Source: an uncultured archaeon
GTDB taxonomy: Archaea > Asgardarchaeota > Jordiarchaeia > Jordiarchaeales > Jordiarchaeaceae
DNA: 5,077 nucleotides
Direction of reading: 5' to 3'
Assembly: GCA_964510585.1 (NCBI GenBank)
Contig: CAZECW010000185.1
Coordinates: forward strand, 1 to 5,077
Position numbers and translations under genes: made by a program. Below the pieces are notes generated by a model. It saw only the letters and a list, made by a program, of their open reading frames with translations. It did no database searches and was not told the DNA's origin. Each line of letters starts with the position of its first letter. Position 1 is the first letter of the stretch. This document shows, in pieces, positions 1-4,723 of the stretch.

Positions 1-12
1 CCACTGATTCAT
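1..12 (-). CDS. Possible 5' end (MNQW...) of a divergently transcribed, leaderless gene running off the left edge
   Basis: ATG at 12-10 on the - strand is the first ATG after an in-frame TAA (78-76). It sits exactly where a TATA box at 42-35 (-30 to -23) would place +1. Only 4 codons are visible, so no product can be assigned. Confidence 0.25.
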
Positions 13-26
13 CGAAAATTTTGGAT
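11..26. repeat. Near-perfect 16-bp palindrome ATCGAAAATTTTGGAT (7 of 8 pairs)
   Basis: Read directly; the single mismatch is G14/G23. It lies between the putative - strand TATA box and its predicted start site. Confidence 0.6.
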
Positions 27-34
27 TTATTTTG

Positions 35-50
35 CTATAAAACCTTGTTT
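35..50 (-). promoter_or_regulatory. Putative archaeal BRE + TATA box for a leftward gene
   Basis: The - strand reads AAACAAGG-TTTTATAG (50-35): a purine-rich BRE-like stretch directly followed by TTTATA. Spacing predicts +1 at about position 12, the A of an ATG. Confidence 0.4.
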
Positions 51-213
51 TTATTATTTGTCTAAGAAGCGTAGCTTATGTAGTTTTTTAAAAACAATTC
101 GGCTAAATACACAAAATTCGGCAATTTGAATTATTAAGTGCAATATAACGGTTTTTCTTGGAAATCAATAATAACCTGTCATTGATTAGCATTTTGGTTT
201 AGTTGCTTTCGCA

Positions 214-221
214 TTAAATAT
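214..221 (+). promoter_or_regulatory. Putative TATA box of the Lrp-domain gene
   Basis: TTAAATAT about 60 nt upstream of the TTG start, with predicted +1 near 243. The upstream BRE is poor (TTTCGCA), so this call is weak. Confidence 0.3.
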
Positions 222-267
222 AAGTACCTTAATGTAATAATGATTATTAACTGAAAATTATACGTGT

Positions 268-273
268 GGTGAT
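268..273 (+). promoter_or_regulatory. Shine-Dalgarno site for the Lrp-domain gene
   Basis: GGTGAT, 6 nt upstream of TTG at 280; matches the archaeal anti-SD-complementary GGTGA. Confidence 0.6.
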
Positions 274-279
274 GATATT

Positions 280-519
280 TTGCCTATAGCTTTTGTTTTA
301 ATCAACACGGAACCCGCTAATGAGGAGAAGGTTCTTAAAGCAGTTTCTAAAATTGAGGGCATAGAGGAAGCATATATCCTATATGGGGTATATGACATTC
401 TAGCGAAAATTAAAACAGAATCGATGGAAAATTTGAAACAGACAATTATATGGCAGATTCGAAAAATCGAAGGGGTTGTTTCAACTCTCACACTTATTGT
501 GGCTGAGGAAGGAGACTAA
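280..519 (+). CDS. Lrp/AsnC family ligand-binding (RAM) domain-only protein, no HTH (demi-FFRP, DM1-like)
   Basis: 79 aa with AFVLI..., EAYxxYGxYDI(L)xK and IRKIxGVxxTxTLI, the RAM-domain pattern. It aligns end to end with Pyrococcus DM1 as I recall it (VTAFILM...EAYVVYGEYDLIVKV...KIRKM...TSTMIA). TTG start supported by an SD; stop is TAA. Confidence 0.9.
   Translation: MPIAFVLINTEPANEEKVLKAVSKIEGIEEAYILYGVYDILAKIKTESMENLKQTIIWQIRKIEGVVSTLTLIVAEEGD
419..434 (+). repeat. Exact 16-bp direct repeat, copy 1 (AATCGATGGAAAATTT), inside the Lrp CDS
   Basis: Identical to 678-693; the flanking bases differ on both sides. Confidence 0.8.
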
Positions 520-532
520 AAACTGATATCGC

Positions 533-538
533 TTTTTT
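533..538 (+). terminator. Possible oligo(T) archaeal terminator after the Lrp-domain gene
   Basis: T6 run 13 nt after the TAA stop. T-runs are common in this AT-rich spacer. Confidence 0.3.
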
Positions 539-625
539 CATTTATCACATGCACCTGTCTAATGTAGGAATAATCGTTTACCATTATTCTTTTTATTATT
601 AAACTAATTTCTCAAATTCTAATAA

Positions 626-640
626 GAAAAACTTTATTAA
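626..640 (+). promoter_or_regulatory. Possible second, upstream BRE + TATA for the Zn-finger/tiaS unit
   Basis: GAAAAA-C-TTTATTAA. Predicted +1 near 662-663 falls on T rather than a purine, so it is weaker than the 685-698 promoter. Confidence 0.3.
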
Positions 641-661
641 CTCTTATTTACAAAACAACCT

Positions 662-690
662 TTTTTCATCGCTTTTAAATCGATGGAAAA
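662..690. repeat. Inverted repeat TTTTTCATCG-N9-CGATGGAAAA overlapping the BRE
   Basis: Arms 662-671 and 681-690 pair at 9 of 10 positions; the mismatch is a G-T wobble. The spacer is CTTTTAAAT. Confidence 0.7.
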
Positions 691-693
691 TTT
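678..693 (+). repeat. Exact 16-bp direct repeat, copy 2, covering the BRE and start of the TATA box
   Basis: Identical to 419-434. Confidence 0.8.
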
Positions 694-698
694 ATAAA
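685..698 (+). promoter_or_regulatory. Archaeal promoter (BRE GGAAAA + TATA TTTATAAA) for the Zn-finger-tiaS operon
   Basis: Consensus-like BRE directly before a canonical TATA box. Spacing predicts +1 at G721, giving an 8-nt leader before ATG 729. Confidence 0.65.
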
Positions 699-728
699 TT
701 GTAAGTCTCTTTTATAGCAAGAGAAAAA

Positions 729-989
729 ATGGACAATTCAAAAATGTGTGAAATTTGTGAAGAAGGTGTAGTAGCGTCAGAGTGCTTTTTGTGTAAAAGG
801 CGGGTTTGTGCGAGCTGCCTATCACAAAGTATTTGTGTTATATGTAATGAAACCTTATGTACCAATTGCAGAAAACAGTTATCCGATAGGGCTTGCAATG
901 TCTGCGGTTCATTAGTTTGCGAGGATTGCAGTGTCAAAATAAATGAAGAAATTATCTGTTTAAATTGTAATCCTAAGAGGCGTTTCTAG
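729..989 (+). CDS. Small Cys-rich protein with 8 CxxC motifs (16 Cys; two tandem 4xCxxC units); probable multi-zinc finger of unknown function
   Basis: 86 aa with CEIC, CFLC, CASC, CVIC, CTNC, CNVC, CEDC, CLNC. It has a good promoter upstream and abuts tiaS. No CxxCH heme motif and no ferredoxin CxxCxxCxxxCP motif. Confidence 0.85.
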   Translation: MDNSKMCEICEEGVVASECFLCKRRVCASCLSQSICVICNETLCTNCRKQLSDRACNVCGSLVCEDCSVKINEEIICLNCNPKRRF

Positions 990-2312
990 GTGACTTTTCT
1001 CCACATAGGATTTGATGATACTGATTCTCCTTTAGGTGGTTGTACCACCTATTTATGCGCAAAAATAGTAGAGAAGCTTTCATCCCTAAATGTAACCTTC
1101 ATTGATTACCCGCTGCTAATACGCTTAAATCCTAATGTACCATTCCGCACCAGGGGAAATGCTGCATTGTGTTTAAGAATAAAAATCAAGGAGGATTTGG
1201 AAGAAGCAGTTAAGCAGATTGTTCTTGAAGAAATAAAAAGGGGAGCGAATTTATCATTCAGAAATACTAATCCTGGTATAGTTTTTTATGAAGGAGAAAA
1301 AATACCTCCTGCATTGAAGAAACTCTCAATAAAGACTATGCAGGATATTGTAACGGTTAAAGAAGCTCTAAAAACTGCTGAAACCGTAGGGGCTGAAATC
1401 CACACCTTAAAAAGTACAAGAGGCATCATTGGTGCACTAGCTGCAATAGGTTCACTCCTTGAAAATGATCACACTTACGAAATCTTAACCTATAGAATAC
1501 CCGAAAATTACGGAAAACCACGGAAATTAGACTTTGCCTCTATTAAAAATATGAACTCAGCGACTTCTCCAAACACCTTTTGTAATATTGATGATGGACG
1601 TATACTTATCACACCTCACGGTCCTGATCCCATACTTTATGGCATTAGAGGAGAAACTGCAGAAATCGTTTATGCGGCGCATAATATGGTCATCTCCCTC
1701 GAACCCATTGAAAGATGGATAATTTTCAGGTCGAATCAGGGCACAGACATGCATTTGCGGCTTATAAAGAACATTTCCCAAGTCAGACCCTACGCATCTG
1801 TAATATTGGATGGTGAAGTTTGCGGAAAACCAAAAACGATACCCGGAGGCCACATAATTGTGCAGATAAAGGACTCGACCGGAAAAATCGATTGTGCTGC
1901 CTATGAACCCACAGGGCCATTCCGAGAAGTAATAAAACACCTAATTCCCGGAGACCAGGTGCGTGTATATGGTGGTGTGCGCCCCGCTTCCAGTCTTCAT
2001 CCACTCACAATTAATTTGGAAAAAATTGAAATTCTCAAACTGGCGCCATTATTCGTTAAATCTAATCCAAAATGTACCATGTGCGGAAAGAGTATGACCT
2101 CTATGGGAAAAAATAAAGGTTTCAAATGCAAGAAATGCGGGTTAAAATCTAGTATTTTTGAAAAATCTACTTTAGAGGTTCCTAGACCCCTTTCCGAAAA
2201 ACTTTATCTACCTCCACCCCGAGCTCACCGTCACTTGACCCGCCCTAAAGAACGCATTGGCAAATCATCAAAAAAACCAGAAACTATGTTTATACCCTGG
2301 CACTACCCATGA
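990..2312 (+). CDS. tiaS: tRNA(Ile2) 2-agmatinylcytidine (agmatidine) synthetase
   Basis: N-terminal IGFDDTDS..GGCTTY (catalytic DDxD, and T19 equivalent to the autophosphorylated T18 of Archaeoglobus TiaS), then RLNPNVPFRTRGNAA, RGIIGALAAIG, PHGPDPILYGIRG and SNQGTDMHL. OB-fold motifs GGH...AAYEPTG, zinc ribbon CTMC...CKKC, and C-terminal PPRAHRHLTRP follow. GTG start with GAGG at 977-980. Confidence 0.97.
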   Translation: MTFLHIGFDDTDSPLGGCTTYLCAKIVEKLSSLNVTFIDYPLLIRLNPNVPFRTRGNAALCLRIKIKEDLEEAVKQIVLEEIKRGANLSFRNTNPGIVFYEGEKIPPALKKLSIKTMQDIVTVKEALKTAETVGAEIHTLKSTRGIIGALAAIGSLLENDHTYEILTYRIPENYGKPRKLDFASIKNMNSATSPNTFCNIDDGRILITPHGPDPILYGIRGETAEIVYAAHNMVISLEPIERWIIFRSNQGTDMHLRLIKNISQVRPYASVILDGEVCGKPKTIPGGHIIVQIKDSTGKIDCAAYEPTGPFREVIKHLIPGDQVRVYGGVRPASSLHPLTINLEKIEILKLAPLFVKSNPKCTMCGKSMTSMGKNKGFKCKKCGLKSSIFEKSTLEVPRPLSEKLYLPPPRAHRHLTRPKERIGKSSKKPETMFIPWHYP

Positions 2313-2316
2313 AACC

Positions 2317-2322
2317 TTTTTT
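2317..2322 (+). terminator. Oligo(T) terminator-like run in the 12-bp gap between convergent tiaS and dys
   Basis: T6 beginning 4 nt after the tiaS TGA. Confidence 0.4.
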
Positions 2323-2324
2323 AT

Positions 2325-3257
2325 TCATAGTTCCTTTAGTTTTTGTCTAGCAGCAGCGATTAAAATCGGAAAGGCTACAGTTACATCCGCTATTAAATCC
2401 ACGCTTTTCGCGTTACTTTTCAATTTGCCCCACGAACGTGCTTCATCCAGAGTTGCTCCGCTTAGCCCCCCCGACTCTGGTCTGTCAAGAGTTATTTGGA
2501 TAGCATAATCAAATCCTTTACCCGTAATGAGCATAGTCTGGAGAATGTGATTTTTAGGAACACCACCACCTAAAATTATGGCGCCACTTTTTTTACTTTC
2601 ATAAGCTAAGTTTATGATTTGGTGCAGGTCCTCAAGTATGTTTATTTTTAATGGATTTAATTGGGAAAAAAGCCATGCCTGAAGCCCAAGAATAGAATCA
2701 GTTATAGCCGGGCAAAATATCGGAACTCCCTTATCTGCGGCTACCTTAACAAAGGATTTCCTATCATTCAGCCTCTTTCCAATTTCATTTATAAGTTCAT
2801 ATACTGCAATGCCCTCCCTCCTTTTTTCAACGTCTATATCCCTAAAGATCTGTTGTATCTTTTCTTCAAATTTCATGAATGCTGCATCAGAAACATATAC
2901 ATCATAAATTCGATTAATCCCTCGCTTTCTAAGATCGGCGTCATTTCCTTCTATGCCCTTTTGATGCTGCCCGCCAAAAGCCTCAATTAAGTCATGAGTT
3001 ATGTTTGCTCCTGTACTAACAATAACATCTACAAAATCTTCCTGAATCAGGTCTGCAAATATCTGTCCTAACCCTGCGGGCACCAGAGCGCCTGCAAGCC
3101 CCAGGAATACTGTGGTGTCGGGGTCGCTCACCATTTCGACAAATATGTCCAAAGCTCTAGCCAAGCGACCCGCACAAAAAACTCCTGCTGCGTCCATCTC
3201 TTTAACAAGATCCAAGACACTCATATTTTCGTCTATTTTCATGCGTTCCACTTTCAC
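2325..3257 (-). CDS. dys: Deoxyhypusine synthase family protein (aIF5A modification; NAD-dependent), non-eukaryote-like subtype
   Basis: Motifs GLAGALVPAG, VSTGANITHD, INRIYDV, PIFCPAITDS, IILGGGVPKN and GGLSGATLDEARSWGK. The active-site Lys is K278 (codon 2426-2424, equivalent to human K329). GTG start with SD-like GGGGT 7 nt upstream; alternative ATG at 3242. Confidence 0.95.
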   Translation of the reverse strand: MKVERMKIDENMSVLDLVKEMDAAGVFCAGRLARALDIFVEMVSDPDTTVFLGLAGALVPAGLGQIFADLIQEDFVDVIVSTGANITHDLIEAFGGQHQKGIEGNDADLRKRGINRIYDVYVSDAAFMKFEEKIQQIFRDIDVEKRREGIAVYELINEIGKRLNDRKSFVKVAADKGVPIFCPAITDSILGLQAWLFSQLNPLKINILEDLHQIINLAYESKKSGAIILGGGVPKNHILQTMLITGKGFDYAIQITLDRPESGGLSGATLDEARSWGKLKSNAKSVDLIADVTVAFPILIAAARQKLKEL

Positions 3258-3264
3258 TTCATAT

Positions 3265-3269
3265 ACCCC
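3265..3269 (-). promoter_or_regulatory. SD-like GGGGT before dys
   Basis: 7 nt upstream of GTG 3257; the same GGGGTA precedes pus10. Confidence 0.45.
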
Positions 3270-3379
3270 GAATTAGATTGACTCCAACATCGCCATTTGT
3301 TTTTTTCGATAATGTACTTCAAATTTAATCCTAATAACTTGACTTCGATATGTCTTAGTATTTTATTAAGGATAAAATG

Positions 3380-4723
3380 TTAGGCTTGGTGCTCACTACG
3401 TTTTTCGTTCACTTTAATTACGTCCAACTGTAAACATTTTGCTTCTGTATTCAGTATAGAAGATACGCTTGGCTTCGTGCGTCCCTCGTCACCCGAAATT
3501 AGCTCCTTAATGTATAATCCTCCTTGGCCTTCAATAATTAACTCCAACCTATTTGAATCCAGTATTTTATAGTCTACCCTGTAAACCTTTTTTGCTCTAA
3601 CCAGGTTTGCCCTACGATGTGTCACTCTCTTTGGGGTTTGTTGATGTATGATCTCTCCTGTAAGTTTAGTCTTTAATAGTTCTAGCTTTTCTAATGGTAC
3701 TTGATCTTTTAGTTCTACCAATGCACAGTAGGTTTTGGTAGAGATTTGAGACATCGCCTTAATATTTCTAACTTCATCCTTATTTGAAAAACTGAGGTCC
3801 ATTACCTTTACTTTTCCTTCAGAGTAGGTATTGATTATATTTTCCAACTCTTTTAGGTCTATATTTCGCTTTTTGGGGTTTTTAATTTCTAAGACAAACC
3901 GACGCCCACTTCCCAACATTCTGGCGTCAATATCCTCTCTACCTGCTCCATGAAATTTTGATTCCTCTCCTCCCGTGATTTCAAGTACTGGTTTAGCAAT
4001 TATTTCTTCCACCGATTCTTGGTACATTTTACCCGTGCCCCCGCATCTTTCACATCCTTTTCCGCGACATTGCCGGCATGGCCATTTAGTTTGAGGGATA
4101 CCTCTCTTAAGTTTCAAGTATCTCCCCGAAATATAAAGAGGATTAACCTCAATCGATATTGAAAAGTCTTCTAAATCCAAAACTACTAGTATATCTGGTC
4201 TATTAAACTCAGCCTTTTTGCCGGTAATTACTGTTAACATCTTACCAATCTCGCGATTTATTTCCGCCTTTAAGGCCTCACCAGTGCTAATTCCAAAAGT
4301 CGCCCTCAAAGCATCCTCCTTTTCAGAAATTCGGGGCGGAACCTTTGATCCTATAAGGAAGTTGTTAAACTCATATTTGCCTACCTCTGAAGCAATTTTC
4401 CTTGCGATTTCCTCCTTTTTGGAAAAAATATTTTCACAAATTTCACATTTTCCTTCTATTCTGAGTTCCAAGCCCATTGATTGAAGAATCCCTAATGCGG
4501 GAGCAAAAAAACCGTTAACAGCTACAGTTCTTAATAAGCTCTCTCCCCTAACTTTGTCCTTCGTGAAAAATTCATGGCCCATTAGCGTTAGGATCGTCTT
4601 TATTGAACGCCCTCTTTCTTCATTACTAAGTCCTGTTCCCAATAAAGCAAATTGTCTTCCCAAGCAGTTATTGCAAAGCTTATAAGCTTTTAAAATTTCC
4701 ATAGCCTGGTCAATCAGTCCCAT
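3380..4723 (-). CDS. pus10: tRNA pseudouridine(54/55) synthase Pus10
   Basis: N-terminal LCxxCLGRxFA...CxxC zinc site and THUMP-like region, then GRYxKLxRGIPQTKW and FHGAGREDIDARMLG (catalytic Asp at codon 3934-3932). Later motifs are KTY, QxTPxRVxHRR and GGLYIKELISGDEGRTxPS. The ORF track starts at ATG 4732, but ATG 4723 fits better: the SD is 10 nt upstream rather than 1 nt, and the N-terminal length before the first CxxC is typical. Confidence 0.96.
   Translation of the reverse strand: MGLIDQAMEILKAYKLCNNCLGRQFALLGTGLSNEERGRSIKTILTLMGHEFFTKDKVRGESLLRTVAVNGFFAPALGILQSMGLELRIEGKCEICENIFSKKEEIARKIASEVGKYEFNNFLIGSKVPPRISEKEDALRATFGISTGEALKAEINREIGKMLTVITGKKAEFNRPDILVVLDLEDFSISIEVNPLYISGRYLKLKRGIPQTKWPCRQCRGKGCERCGGTGKMYQESVEEIIAKPVLEITGGEESKFHGAGREDIDARMLGSGRRFVLEIKNPKKRNIDLKELENIINTYSEGKVKVMDLSFSNKDEVRNIKAMSQISTKTYCALVELKDQVPLEKLELLKTKLTGEIIHQQTPKRVTHRRANLVRAKKVYRVDYKILDSNRLELIIEGQGGLYIKELISGDEGRTKPSVSSILNTEAKCLQLDVIKVNEKRSEHQA

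Noticed and set aside
96-234. Small repeats upstream of the Lrp gene: AATTCGGC x2 (96-103, 115-122), AATCAAT-N11-ATTGATT (163-187), CATTAA-N11-TTAATG (212-234)
   Set aside because: 6-8 bp elements in very AT-rich DNA that share no common consensus; cannot be distinguished from chance without comparative data.
258-491. 77-aa - strand ORF
   Set aside because: Antisense shadow of the well-supported Lrp-domain gene; no recognisable motif.
32-720. 11-bp inverted match TTTTATAGCAA (42-32 on -, 710-720 on +) as possible element ends
   Set aside because: Expected about once by chance in 700 AT-rich bases; no transposase, no target duplication.
692-937. 81-aa - strand ORF rich in Gln/His/Thr
   Set aside because: Its composition is the reverse-complement echo of the TGT/TGC codons of the Cys-rich gene.
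729-989. Cys-rich protein as multiheme cytochrome, ferredoxin or metallothionein
   Set aside because: No CxxCH, no CxxCxxCxxxCP, no signal peptide, and no CC/CxC clusters; the regular CxxC pairs fit zinc fingers.
988-993. Perfect SD-like AGGTGA at the ZnF/tiaS junction
   Set aside because: It is just TAG+GTG+A. The only nearby in-frame candidate downstream (ATA 1005) would cut the first beta-strand of TiaS.
1557-2004. Two - strand ORFs (1557-1940, 1783-2004), one with HHHIH
   Set aside because: Fully inside tiaS on the opposite strand; no family signature.
2257-2990. + strand ORFs 2257-2508 and 2661-2990
   Set aside because: Antisense shadows of dys; no motifs or convincing start signals.
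3360-3378. ATTTTAT-N5-ATAAAAT dyad right after the pus10 stop
   Set aside because: All-AT 7-bp stem, too weak to call a terminator or operator.
4043-4078. DnaJ-like CxxCxGxG pair (CRQCRGKG, CERCGGTG) in Pus10
   Set aside because: A known zinc-ribbon insert of many archaeal Pus10 proteins; not novel.
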